From Candidatus Latescibacterota bacterium (GTDB taxonomy: Bacteria; Latescibacterota; UBA2968; GCA-2709665): a stretch of 64,000 bases of DNA. How positions within the stretch are numbered: the stretch's first letter is position 1; each line of letters opens with the position of its first letter. The notes below the pieces were generated by a model. It was not told the origin of the DNA. It made no database searches and was given only the letters and a program-made list of their open reading frames with translations. Of the stretch, positions 1 to 9,926 are shown in pieces. Location: NCBI GenBank assembly GCA_965116875.1, contig OZ220733.1:3808001-3872000 (forward strand), in the 5' to 3' direction. Position numbers and translations under genes: made by a program.

Positions 1-177
1 TGTGACACTCGTCACGGCTGGCGAAGCAGTACATCCGGTGAGGGGAGTTCAATGGCAATTCATGCGAAGCCTCAGTTTTGATCGTTGTCCTGTGGATCCA
101 TGTTCCACAGCATCTATTCTCGACCACTGCTGTCCACGACAGAAACCGACCTGTGACCGGCGCGGTTGGCGTTCCCG

Positions 178-326
178 GGAGCGAGGGCATCCTGCCCTCG
201 CTGGCTGATTCGCGAGGCTCTGGCCCCGACGCCTTCAGTATGATTTCGGATGCAAGGGGAACAGAGGGCCCATAATGTGGGTATTGATGGGTCACACGAA
301 GTTCGAGGGCAGGATGCCCTCGCTCC
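178..326. repeat. Inverted REP doublet (REPIN-like)
   Basis: GGAGCGAGGGCATCCTGCCCTCG (178-200) and its exact reverse complement (304-326); each copy is an imperfect palindrome. Confidence 0.75.
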
Positions 327-817
327 GGAAATGGGTGGATCATGCCACGAAGTAGGCCGGATCGTCTTCGGTCGCAGGGCGCTCGTGTCAGGTGTGGCGA
401 CAAAAGGGTTTTACCAGGTTCTGTGGCGATGCGTAAGGAGAAGATTCCAGGTCGGATATGTAACAATCCTGAAACAACGATTTTGGACAGGTGGGATTCT
501 CAATAGACTTTCGTTACGAAACGCGACCTGCATGGATGGACAGGGCGAACAGGATAGGACTCAAACCGGCCGGCCAGCACATCGATCATTCCTGCCAATG
601 CGGTTCCTGATTCTGCCTTCGCGAGGTTGTTGCCGGACACTGCCTCTGTATTCTTGGAATGTGCTACGGATTCTCGCCATGCACCACGTCCTATATCGTA
701 CTTTGCTCTGTCTGAATGGTTGTACTGCTCTTATGCTCTTGTGCCTTTATCCTGTTCATCCATGTAGGGTAATGTTTCGTCTTGGGGGGGCGGGCAGGGG
801 GTAGCGTCAATCCCGTA

Positions 818-1198
818 CTACCAGATCGTCTGTGGATAGAACGCCTGGATGACTGAATCGGATGTGACGATCGGGCAGGCGTTCAGGCTGGCGGTTGCGA
901 CGATGGTGCGATGGGCAGGATCACGATGGTCCCAATCGAGTTCGAGGTTCCTGATCCATGTCCGGACGCATACAGGCAGGATTTCGACGCGGTCGACCTG
1001 CTCCAGTCTGCGAGTGAATTCACGAATGGGCAATGGAATAACCAGTTGATTTTTCTTCACTTTAATGCCGATTTCCCATATGGAGACGGCGCTCAGTGCA
1101 ATCCTGTCGGCGTCGGCGATGGCCTGAGCCGCTGCCGTCGTGAGCCGATCGCGATCCAGCGTCCAGAAAACAAGCGCCGAAGTATCCAGCAGAACCAT
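818..1198 (-). CDS. vapC: PIN-domain VapC-family toxin
   Basis: MVLLDTSAL...SAVSIWEI...HRDPAHRTIVATA...IVTSD; ATG overlaps the antitoxin stop (TAATG). Confidence 0.9.
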   Translation of the reverse strand: MVLLDTSALVFWTLDRDRLTTAAAQAIADADRIALSAVSIWEIGIKVKKNQLVIPLPIREFTRRLEQVDRVEILPVCVRTWIRNLELDWDHRDPAHRTIVATASLNACPIVTSDSVIQAFYPQTIW

Positions 1199-1428
1199 TA
1201 CAGGTCCGTCCATTCATCGGCGGTTGGCAGATTGATGTCTTCGTGATAGATCACGCCGCCCTGAATCGCGCCGAAAACCTCTTCGACCGTCTTTTTTTTC
1301 GAAATGGGCTGAATGCGCAACACCGGACGGCTGCGGTCCGTGACAATCAGCTCGTCGCCGGAACTCTCGAGTTCACGAAAGATACGGAGCATATTGGCTT
1401 TCAATTTGCTCTTTGAGATGGATTGCAT
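1198..1428 (-). CDS. Phd/YefM-family antitoxin
   Basis: MQSISKSKLKANMLRIFRELESSGDELIVTDRSRPVLRI; GAGGAG RBS; directly upstream of the PIN toxin. Confidence 0.88.
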   Translation of the reverse strand: MQSISKSKLKANMLRIFRELESSGDELIVTDRSRPVLRIQPISKKKTVEEVFGAIQGGVIYHEDINLPTADEWTDL

Positions 1429-1449
1429 GCGTTCTCCTCGATTGATATA

Positions 1450-1477
1450 AATGACCAGGGCCATAACTATAGTCATT
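1450..1477. promoter_or_regulatory. Putative TA operator inverted repeat
   Basis: AATGAC-N16-GTCATT in AT-rich DNA just upstream of the antitoxin. Confidence 0.45.
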
Positions 1478-1659
1478 ATACGCTAAAATAAAAATCCTGT
1501 CAACAATTCAACAAACATGGATGGACAGGATTCTAATGTGAAAATGCTTGATTCGTGATTTTTCGGGGACGTTAATACGAACATTTGACAGTTAGTGAAG
1601 GCGATTAGACGACGGATTATCCGGATACACCAGGTCAGTGGACGTGTTCGGGGCTTCTT

Positions 1660-1860
1660 CCCCCGGCCCCTCGAAGCGGTGAGACGGGAGACGGGAGAGG
1701 GGAGAGATTACCTGCCTTGTGAGGATTCCGTTCGTTCCGAAGGCAAGGAGGGAAAACATCCCGGGCGAGGATTTCTTCTACCGTCTCGCCTCTACCGTCT
1801 CCCCGCATTCAGGCTCTTTGTGGCCAACTTGACTGTAGTCTTCATTCGAATTGAGGTTAA
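1660..1860. mobile_element. MITE-like repeat family C, copy 1
   Basis: Heptamer arms (GGGAGAC/GGTAGAG) and their complements around a GAGATTACCTGCCTTG...GGCAA core, with tail GGCTCTTTGTGGCCAA...TTGAGGTTAA; matches 18190-18390 (inverted) and 52975-53183. Confidence 0.75.
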
Positions 1861-1940
1861 GCTCTATGATTTTTCGGGATTCAGGCAAATGGAGGGAAGA
1901 CCGGGAAGGAGGCGTTTGAGATCTGAACGACGGATTGATC

Positions 1941-2168
1941 TCAGCCCGGATCCAGCCTATCCTGAGTGTCCACGTTGCCCTTCTCTTCGCGAAGCCGGAT
2001 CTTGATTTCGTCAACCGAAGCCGTATCGAGGAACGACGCCAGTTCCTTCTTCAGATTTTCCCGGGATTCGGCTGCGGTTTTACCCTGGCTCGCGATATCC
2101 AGCTCGGGGCAGAGCGCGACGTACCCATCGCCCACGCGCTCGATAACTGCCGTCAACGGCCTGCTCAT
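1941..2168 (-). pseudogene. HicB-like antitoxin, C-terminus replaced by repeat B, no hicA
   Basis: LTAVIERVGDGYVALCPELDIASQG...IKIRLREE followed by repeat-encoded GNVDTQDRLD. Confidence 0.7.
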
Positions 2169-2482
2169 TACCAACTCACGCAATTCCGATTCGAAAAACA
2201 GAAACGGATTCAACAGCACGATGGGGAAACATTCCGGTTCACCAAGAGTTCAAGCGATTTCTGCGTTATCTCTGTATTTTATATGATTATTCCTGCGGTG
2301 GGTTCCCGGTTTTATCCTGTGTATCCTGTGTATCCATTTTTCATGGATCTTTGCGCCGATGTCTATCTGCGTGAACAACCACAGCGCATCAAGATTGTGA
2401 CTGGCCAGCCGGCGATGTACGTGTTACATTGACTACGCGCGAAGAGACGTCAATATTGGTCTATCGTCACAGGGAACTGAAA

Positions 2483-2773
2483 ATGCACATGAAGAGCCCG
2501 CCGCATCCTGGATTCTCGGTGCGTTACGATTGCCTGGAACCGCTTGGTCTGAGTGTGGCTGAAGCGGCAAGGAAACTCGGTGTCGCACGCACACACCTGT
2601 CCGATGTGGTCAGCGGTCAGGCTGGCATCTCACCCGAGATGGCGATTCGCCTGGGCAAGGCATTCGGCGGCGGCGCGCAAACGTGGTACCGGATGCAAGC
2701 CGCGTACGATCTTGCGCAGGCCATGCAAAAGGCCGACGAAATACGCGTCGAGCGCCTCGCAGCGCACGAGTGA
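2483..2773 (+). CDS. higA: HigA-family HTH antitoxin (orphan)
   Basis: PPHPG...[20 protein letters not shown]...ISPEMAIRL...[10 protein letters not shown]. Confidence 0.88.
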   Translation: MHMKSPPHPGFSVRYDCLEPLGLSVAEAARKLGVARTHLSDVVSGQAGISPEMAIRLGKAFGGGAQTWYRMQAAYDLAQAMQKADEIRVERLAAHE

Positions 2774-2921
2774 TGTCTGATTGTACAGACGAATTTTAGT
2801 CGCCCACACGGATATCCCACCGATCCCGACCACCCCACCATTCTGCCTTCCTCAATTTGAGTTAGATCCGCACGCGGTTATACCGGCTCGCCGGATTTGT
2901 AGTTTTCCGCCTTTATCCTGC

Positions 2922-3536
2922 CTATCCTGTGTATCCATGTTCCCTGCTGTTTGGTTTTTCCCAAGCCTTCGTAAACGTCTCCGGTTCGACGCCGAGCGCA
3001 TCGGCCACGCGGTTGATGTAGTTGAAAAAGCCGATGATCTGGACCGCGTCGTGGATGGCGCGGTCGTCGAAGCCGTGCTCGCGCAGCCCGTCGACGTCCG
3101 CGGCCGTTGAAGTTTGCGGATCCACGCTGAGTCTCTCGGCAAAGGCGCACAGCGCGCGGTCCGCGGCCGGCAGGTCGGCCCGGCGCCAGTCCGCGGCCAA
3201 CTGATGCACCAGCCGGTCGGCCTCTTCGCCGTCCTCGACGTCGAACTCTTCGGCGACCTCGGCACGGAGGTCGTGGGCGTGGGAGCGTATTCAGTACACG
3301 CAATGGTTCGCGGCCGAGACCACCACGGCAAGCATCTCCCGCCGCGCGCGGCTGAGCGGTGAGGGGCCGTGCATCAGCGTGCCGTAGAAGTCCAGCGAAG
3401 CCTTCATCGCCGGCGGATTGGGGCTCATGACGGCGACGATGCCCCAGATCCGCCCCGCCCGTTTCATCGCGGCGTCATAAAGCTTCTTCAACAGGCCGGT
3501 GGCCCTGTCCGGAGGAATAACATCGATATACGGCAT
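2922..3536 (-). CDS. AhpD/carboxymuconolactone-decarboxylase-family selenoprotein (in-frame UGA at 3291-3293 read as Sec)
   Basis: ORFs 3291-3536 and 2922-3209 are in one frame; readthrough gives REMLAVVVSAANHCVY-U-IRSH (AhpD CxxCxxxH pattern) and continues to GFFNYINRVADALG. Confidence 0.88.
3254..3273 (-). promoter_or_regulatory. Bacterial SECIS-like hairpin
   Basis: CGACCUC-CGUGCC-GAGGUCG, a 7-bp stem starting 17 nt after the UGA, with G in the loop. Confidence 0.65.
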
Positions 3537-3861
3537 CAGGAGGCCCCCTTCAACACGATCAAATCAAAAGCAACTTACATGGATGGACAGGATGAAAACC
3601 AGAAGAAACTACGAAAAAAGCGAAAGTCACGAAAACCGCAAAGACAGGTCAAGCCAGGACCGCTCAACATGGCGGGGCAGGATATACAGGATTAGAACCG
3701 CGAAAATCGGTAAAACCAGACTAACCTGTGCATTGATATTTCCTGCCTTTTTATTATTGGTAGCAATCTTTAGTTTACCTCGTCCCTTGTAACGGTTCAG
3801 CTTGTTGAAGCGTTACTTGAGCCTACCGAAACGTGATCACTGAGCATGCCTGCATTGAGCT

Positions 3862-4413
3862 CGGTCCCTGAGCCTGTCGAAGGGTGTCGAAATGTCGAAG
3901 TGCCCGTGTTTCGGTGCCCGTTCGACTCGCTTGCACAGCCCTTCGCCGACCCTTCGACAGGCTCAGGGAGCGGCTCCGGGCAAGGCATAGGACCACAGTA
4001 TTGTATACGCGCTACAATGTCTCGTCGCACCCCACGTCCTGTGTCGCGCTGCCCTGAACTCCTTGCTTGTTCCACTTTTGCGGCTTTCCGCCTTTATCCT
4101 GCCTATCCTGTGCATCCATGTTACCCTGTTTCAATTCTTCGTGCAGGCGCTGTTTGATCTCCGTATCTGATGCCGTCTCCAGGAACAGCTCCAACGCCTC
4201 CTTCAGATTGTCCCTTGCTTCCGACACGGTTGTTCCCTGACTGGCGACGTCCAGCTCAGGGCAGAGGGCGACGTAGCCGTCGTCTTCGCGTTCTATAATT
4301 GCTGTCAACTGTCTTGTCATTGCAGGCTCACTCGTTTCGGCGCCGGTTCCGCTACCTTGGACAGCCCTTCGCCGACCCTTCGACAGGCTCAGGGAACGGC
4401 TCCGGGCAGGGCA
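3862..4413. repeat. CCCTTCGACAGGCTCAGGG palindromic repeat cluster
   Basis: Inverted copy at about 3865-3884; about 80-bp direct repeats at about 3908-3987 and 4334-4413. Confidence 0.8.
4012..4320 (-). pseudogene. HicB-like antitoxin, C-terminus replaced by repeat B, no hicA
   Basis: MTRQLTAIIEREDDGYVALCPELDVASQG...IKQRLHEE followed by repeat-encoded GNMDAQDRQD. Confidence 0.72.
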
Positions 4414-4584
4414 AACGAGCTCAGGTTTGGAGGCGACGGCTTGGTTCAACTGAGACAGTGTCTCATCAATCTCCACGGCCCGTGTCCTGACTTTCCTGCT
4501 TGTCCCGCTCTTATGCCTTTCCACCTTTATCCTGCCTATCCTGTGTATCCATGTTCCCCTGCATCCATTCTCGATGGTCCTTCG

Positions 4585-5082
4585 CTACCACCCGCCCACC
4601 TGAGTCCGGTCCACGATATCCCGTGTCAGGATCTCGAACGCCGCGCCGAGGCCTTCATGACGAGCTTCTTCGCGTTGACCGGCGGCGCTGTAGATGCCGT
4701 ATCCCTTCAGGCGCTTCTCCTCCCACAGCAGCTTCTTGTTTTTCACGTCGTAGCAACCGACGTCCAGGAAGACAGAGATCTGGAACTGGTCCTCCTGGCC
4801 GCGGTAGGTGAACGGGTCGTCCCGCACCTCCACGATGGTACCCCGTAGCACAATGTCCGCGCGGTCTTCGTCCGTGACGCGCAGCGCAGCGTCCTGGAGG
4901 AACGCCTGGATCAGGCTGTCGGTGAGCGCCTGCTGGATTTCCGGCTCCAGACTCTCGTTTTCCATCAGTGGAATGGCCACCGAGCGAAATCCCGAGCCCC
5001 CGGTCGCGGAGGTCGAGTAGTACGCGCATCCGCCCAGCCAGAACAGGAACAGCGCCGCGCAGGAGAGAAGGGAACGCTTCAA
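4585..5082 (-). CDS. lptE: LptE-family lipoprotein
   Basis: Lipobox LGGC; VAIPLMENESLEPEIQQALTDSLIQAF; ends DIVDRTQVGGW. Confidence 0.75.
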   Translation of the reverse strand: MKRSLLSCAALFLFWLGGCAYYSTSATGGSGFRSVAIPLMENESLEPEIQQALTDSLIQAFLQDAALRVTDEDRADIVLRGTIVEVRDDPFTYRGQEDQFQISVFLDVGCYDVKNKKLLWEEKRLKGYGIYSAAGQREEARHEGLGAAFEILTRDIVDRTQVGGW

Positions 5083-5582
5083 TCCGATTCCTCCTTCGAA
5101 TCCGATGCCGCCTCGTCCTTCGGCGCCTCCGCTTCAGCGGCCCCGGCAGCGTCACCACCGCTCTGCTCCGTGGATCCATCCTGCTCCGGCGCCTCTGCTT
5201 CCGTGCTCCCGTCGGCATCTTCGCTGCTCTCCTCCGCGGATGCTTCGGCTTCAGCCGCCGGCGCCTCGGCCTCATCGGCGGGCGCTTCCGTCTCGTCGGG
5301 TCCCTTGTTCGCTTCGTCGATGTAGTTCATTCTCAACTCGTACAGCGCGTGCTCCAGGAACTTTGTTTCGTTGTCGCTGAGATTGCCCTTCGTCTTCGCC
5401 TGCAGCATGCCCAGGATGTCAATGGTGTTCTTCGCCTGGGCGAGGTCCCGTTCCACCTTGTTGGTGGCGGGGTTCATCACCTTGCCCAGATGCTGCCAAG
5501 CCGCTCCCTGAAACATCAGTACGATCTGCGTAAACAGAAACTCGTTCATCTGCTCCTGGGAAATGGGTTCGCTTTCGGCCAT
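5079..5582 (-). CDS. DUF1844-family protein with acidic low-complexity tail
   Basis: HLGKVMNP...DLAQAKNTIDILGMLQAKTKGNL...LYELRMNY. Confidence 0.85.
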   Translation of the reverse strand: MAESEPISQEQMNEFLFTQIVLMFQGAAWQHLGKVMNPATNKVERDLAQAKNTIDILGMLQAKTKGNLSDNETKFLEHALYELRMNYIDEANKGPDETEAPADEAEAPAAEAEASAEESSEDADGSTEAEAPEQDGSTEQSGGDAAGAAEAEAPKDEAASDSKEESD

Positions 5583-5656
5583 GAAGATATCCTCCTTGAA
5601 ATGAATGGCTCAATCACTTTTAGGCAATATGCGTATCGAAGCGTTAATCAGGATGT

Positions 5657-5868
5657 GGGTAGACGGAAGAGGTAAGAGGGGAGAGGATTTCCTGCCTTGT
5701 GAGGTTTCAACTCAGGCCGTAGGCAAGCTGAGGGAACCTATCGGGCAATGACGTCATCTACCCTCTTCCGTCTCCCCTCTCACCGCTCTTAGGATTTCCT
5801 CTACCGTCTCACCTCTAACGTCTCCCCGCTCTCAGGGCTTCATCTTCCGTCTCCCGTCTACCCTCTAC
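5657..5868. mobile_element. MITE-like repeat family C, copy 2
   Basis: GGTAGACGGAAGAGG...CCTGCCTTGTGAGG...CTACCGTCTC...CCCTCTACCC. Confidence 0.7.
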
Positions 5869-6491
5869 CCGCCCATGGCTTTCTCCATCCGCGCCATCGC
5901 GGTTTCGGCGTTCGCCCAGCCGCGGACGACGTCTGTCTGCGCATCGCCGTGTTTTACGACCACGCTCGGAAACTCCCGGACGCCCATCGACCGGCGCAGG
6001 TTGAAGCCCTCCTGCAATTCCGCCTCGATCTCCGGCGACCTGATATCCCGTTCGAACCGTTCCACGTTCAGAGACGGTGAAAGCGATCCGGCCACAGCGG
6101 TCAACGTTTCGATATCCGAGGGGTTCCGCGCCTCACGGTAATACGCCCGCTGGATGGCGTCGAACATTTCGGGCACGGCGTCTCCACGCTGCGCCCTGGC
6201 CGCCAGCACCGCGCGGCAGGCGGGATAGGTGGAACGGCGCGGCTTGCATTTGCGCCAGAAATCCCAGTTGAATTCCGCCCCTGTCGTCGCCGTGACCTCC
6301 CGCCAGTTCCGCTGCACGTACGCGCGCGTCTCTTCGGGCATCGGATCGCCCGAGTCCTTTGCCAGCCCGCCCATCACGTATGCCACCGGAACGGACCCGG
6401 GAAGGGACGATACGATCGCGTGCAGCACCGGCCGGAAGCCCCAGCACCACGAACACATCGGGTCCGCCACGTAGTAGAGTGTGGGATCCAC
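5865..6491 (-). CDS. DsbA-family thioredoxin-fold protein
   Basis: YVADPMCSWCWGF; STYPACRA; GVREFP. Confidence 0.88.
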   Translation of the reverse strand: MDPTLYYVADPMCSWCWGFRPVLHAIVSSLPGSVPVAYVMGGLAKDSGDPMPEETRAYVQRNWREVTATTGAEFNWDFWRKCKPRRSTYPACRAVLAARAQRGDAVPEMFDAIQRAYYREARNPSDIETLTAVAGSLSPSLNVERFERDIRSPEIEAELQEGFNLRRSMGVREFPSVVVKHGDAQTDVVRGWANAETAMARMEKAMGG

Positions 6492-7017
6492 TTTTTGTCC
6501 CCTCTAAAAAGTCCATTTCGGTGAAAGGACCGTCGGGTCGAAGTGCGTGAACTCAGACGGTCCGGAACGCGAAGCCGGATTCCGCGCCCGTGAGATGGAT
6601 ACAATATTAAAGACGCGAGCGAAAAAAGGCAAGCGCATCGACCCTGTCTGCGGCCAGGCAATTCCGCTTCGATGCGCTGTTCCCGCGGCTCGGTAAAATC
6701 CACTTGCGCAGGCGTATCGGTTGTGCGTACCTTCATCACCCTTAACCTCAATCCGAAAAAACAGCAACGCGGCGACGCGATAAAACCCTCCGAAAACGGG
6801 GCGCTATCGACGTAAAGAAGGACGTTTTCTCCCTTCACGTCCAGTGACCTGATGTATCCTGGTAATCCGCAGTTTAATCGCCTTTATCAACTTGCATATA
6901 TTTGACTTAACGTCCACGAAACCATACGAATCACGGTCAATTTTGCCAACATCGATTCTTGCGGAAAATCGTTAACGGGACCGCGAAAACGGGAAACACA
7001 CAAAAAGGAGGTGGCCA

Positions 7018-7482
7018 GTGAACGTGGAAGTCACCATTAACGGCGAGCGCCACAGCCACGACGTGGAGCCCAGGCTGCTGCTTGTGCACTATCTGCGCGA
7101 CGTCGTCGGCCTGACCGGCACCCACGTGGGCTGTGAAACCAGCCTCTGCGGCGCCTGTACCGTGATGCTCGACGGGCAGGCGGTCAAATCCTGTACCCTG
7201 CTCGCGGTACAGGCGAACGGCGCCGAGATCACCACCATCGAAGGCCTTGCCGAGAACGGCGAACTTCATCCTGTGCAGGAAGGCTTCTGGGAGTGCCATG
7301 GCCTGCAGTGCGGCTTCTGCACGCCCGGGATGATTATCGCCGCCCACCAGTTGCTGGAGCGCAACTCGCGGCCCACCGAGGCGCAGATCCGGCGCGGCAT
7401 CGAGGGCAACCTGTGTCGATGCACCGGGTACCAGCACATTGTCGACGCCGTCCAGTACGCAGCCAGAAAAATGAGGTCTTGA
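7018..7482 (+). CDS. coxS: CoxS-like [2Fe-2S] subunit
   Basis: [10 protein letters not shown]; QCGFCTPG; GNLCRCTGY. Confidence 0.92.
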   Translation: MNVEVTINGERHSHDVEPRLLLVHYLRDVVGLTGTHVGCETSLCGACTVMLDGQAVKSCTLLAVQANGAEITTIEGLAENGELHPVQEGFWECHGLQCGFCTPGMIIAAHQLLERNSRPTEAQIRRGIEGNLCRCTGYQHIVDAVQYAARKMRS

Positions 7483-7495
7483 AAGGAGATCTTCC

Positions 7496-9826
7496 ATGCC
7501 TGTCAGCAAATCAGTAGGCGCCAGAGTCAAGCGCAGGGAAGATCCCCGACTCATCCAGGGCCTTGCGCAGTACGTAGACGACATCCAGCTGCCCGGTACG
7601 CTGCACGTAGCCGTTCTCAGAAGCCCGTACGGACACGCGCACATCCGGGACATCGACACCTCCGCCGCGGCAGACCACCCGGGCGTGGTTGCCGTGGTGA
7701 CCGGCGACGATCTCAAAGGCAATATCGGCGCCATACCGTGCGCCACCACGGATCCCGAGGGCTTTCCGGGTATCCAGGTTCCCGAGCATCCGGTCCTGGC
7801 CCACGGTAAAGTGCGGTTCGTCGGGGAACCGGTTGCGGCCGTGGTGGCCGACAGTCCGTACACCGCGCGTGACGCGGCCGACCTCATCGAGGTGGATTAC
7901 GATCCGCTCGACGCCGTCAATTCCGCAGCGGCCGCGCTGAAGGACGGCGCGCCCGTTCTTCACGAGGAATTCGGCAACAACCAGGCATTTACGTGGGCCA
8001 TCGCCGGCGGCGACATCGACGACGCATTCGCACAGGCCGACCGCGTGGTCAAACAGCGTTTCGACCATCAGCGCCTGGTGCCGAACCCGCTGGAGACCCG
8101 CGGCGTGGTCGCGCATTTTCAACCCGGAGACGGCAAACTCACGGTCTGGTCCTCCACCCAGATCCCGCATCTGCTCAAGACCCAGCTCTCGGTGATTCTC
8201 AGCCGGCCCGAACAGCTCGTACAGGTCATCGCGCCCGAGGTGGGCGGCGGTTTCGGCTGCAAATTGAACGTGTACGCGGAGGAAGCCCTGGTCGGGCATC
8301 TCGCGATCCAGCTCAAGAGGCCGGTCAAGTGGATCGAGAGCCGGCGCGAGAATTTCCTGCACACGATCCACGGACGCGACCAGGTGGGCGACGTGGAAAT
8401 CCCGGTCAAGAACGACGGGACCATCCTGGGCCTCAAATACACCGTTGAGGCCGACGTGGGGGCCTACTACCAGTTGCTCACGCCGGCCATCCCCACGCTC
8501 ACGGGGCTGATGCTCTGCGGCTGCTACAAATTCCAGAATGTATCGATGGAGCTCACTGCCGCCTTTACCAACAAGATGGCCACCGATGCCTATCGCGGCG
8601 CGGGAAGGCCGGAAGCCACGTACCTCATCGAGCGTATGCTGGACTGCGTGGCTTACGATCTGGATATGGACCCGCTCGAGGTCCGGCGCAGGAACTTCAT
8701 CGGTAAGGATGAGTTTCCCTTCGAAACCGGAACGGCCGTTGCCTACGACAGCGGTGACTACGAAATTGCGCTGACCAAGGCGCTGCGGAAGATCGATTAC
8801 GAAGGCTTCCGCAAGGAACAGACGGAAGCACGCGAACAGGGCCGGTACCTCGGCATTGGCTTCTCCACGTACGTGGAGATCTGCGGGATGGGTCCCTCGG
8901 CCGCCATGCCGGCGGGCGGTTGGGAGAGCGGCACCGTACGCGTGGACCCCACCGGCAAAGTCACGGTTCTCACCGGCGTCTCGCCCCACGGCCAGGGCCA
9001 GGAGACGACGTTTGCGCAGCTCATCGCCGACGGTCTCGGGGTGGACATCGACGACGTGCGGATCATCCACGGCGATACGGAAGCCGTGCAGTACGGCATC
9101 GGTACGTTCGGCTCGCGCGCAACCGCGGTTGGCGGTACGGCCATGGTGATGGCCATGGAAAAGGTCAAGGAAAAAGCCATCAACATCGCCGCGCACCTTC
9201 TGGAGAGCAATCCGGATGACATCGTGGTCGAAGACGGCAAATACGGCGTCACGGGGTCGCCCGACCAGGGCGTGACCCTGGCGGACATCTCCATGGCGGC
9301 CCACGGGGGCGTAAATCTGCCGCCGGACACCGAGCCGGGCATGGCTGCCACGCATTTCTTCGAACCGTCCAACTTCACCTACCCGTTCGGCACGCATATC
9401 GCCATCGTGGAGGTGGACGCGGACACCGGCGAAGTGGACATCCTCCGGTATATCGCCGTCGACGACTGCGGCCGGATCATCAACCCGATGATCGTCGAGG
9501 GCCAGATCCACGGAGGTATCGCCCAGGGTCTGGGCCAGGCGCTGTATGAAGAAGCCATCTACGACGAGAGCGGACAGATGATCACCGGCTCGTTCATGGA
9601 CTATGCCCTGCCCAAGGCGCATAACTTCCCGCGCTTCGAACTCGACAACACGGTCACGCCGTCGCCGGTGAACCCCATGGGCGTCAAGGGCGTGGGCGAG
9701 GCGGGAACCATCGGCTCCACACCGTCCATCGTCAACGCGGTGGTGGACGCGCTCAGGCCGTTCGGCGTGCGGCACATCGACATGCCGCTGCGTCCCGAAA
9801 AACTCTGGAAGCTCATGCAGGGGTAG
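7496..9826 (+). CDS. coxL: Molybdopterin large subunit, CoxL form II/xanthine dehydrogenase family
   Basis: VGGGFGCK; AYRGAGRPE; HGQG; GTFGSR; KGVGEAG. Confidence 0.9.
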   Translation: MPVSKSVGARVKRREDPRLIQGLAQYVDDIQLPGTLHVAVLRSPYGHAHIRDIDTSAAADHPGVVAVVTGDDLKGNIGAIPCATTDPEGFPGIQVPEHPVLAHGKVRFVGEPVAAVVADSPYTARDAADLIEVDYDPLDAVNSAAAALKDGAPVLHEEFGNNQAFTWAIAGGDIDDAFAQADRVVKQRFDHQRLVPNPLETRGVVAHFQPGDGKLTVWSSTQIPHLLKTQLSVILSRPEQLVQVIAPEVGGGFGCKLNVYAEEALVGHLAIQLKRPVKWIESRRENFLHTIHGRDQVGDVEIPVKNDGTILGLKYTVEADVGAYYQLLTPAIPTLTGLMLCGCYKFQNVSMELTAAFTNKMATDAYRGAGRPEATYLIERMLDCVAYDLDMDPLEVRRRNFIGKDEFPFETGTAVAYDSGDYEIALTKALRKIDYEGFRKEQTEAREQGRYLGIGFSTYVEICGMGPSAAMPAGGWESGTVRVDPTGKVTVLTGVSPHGQGQETTFAQLIADGLGVDIDDVRIIHGDTEAVQYGIGTFGSRATAVGGTAMVMAMEKVKEKAINIAAHLLESNPDDIVVEDGKYGVTGSPDQGVTLADISMAAHGGVNLPPDTEPGMAATHFFEPSNFTYPFGTHIAIVEVDADTGEVDILRYIAVDDCGRIINPMIVEGQIHGGIAQGLGQALYEEAIYDESGQMITGSFMDYALPKAHNFPRFELDNTVTPSPVNPMGVKGVGEAGTIGSTPSIVNAVVDALRPFGVRHIDMPLRPEKLWKLMQG

Positions 9827-9926
9827 GCTGTCTGCCCGGACCGTTAGGGGGCGCGGTAACCGGATGAATAGCGGTTGAACGCGCTCGCGCGGAAGTCCAA
9901 TATATCCGATACGTGGAGAGATACCA

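Larger units (their letters stand above)
531..4561. repeat. Repeat family B (TTTATCCTGCCTATCCTGTGTATCCATGT-like), about 10 copies in both orientations
   Basis: Copies at about 531-558, 744-765, 1514-1532, 1949-1980, 2310-2337, 2903-2946, 3577-3595, 3666-3694, 4084-4128 and 4517-4561. Confidence 0.85.

Noticed and set aside
250-804. 184-aa ORF
   Set aside because: Assembled from REP and repeat B sequence; no recognisable protein features
2922-3536. Nonsense pseudogene or two separate genes
   Set aside because: The TGA falls exactly on the redox Cys position, with a SECIS-like hairpin and intact coding on both sides
531-4561. CRISPR array
   Set aside because: Repeats are degenerate, in both orientations and irregularly spaced; no cas genes
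7511-9775. Long antisense ORFs (also 17670-20207, 23087-25948, 60609-62132)
   Set aside because: Shadows of real genes in high-GC DNA with no family motifs
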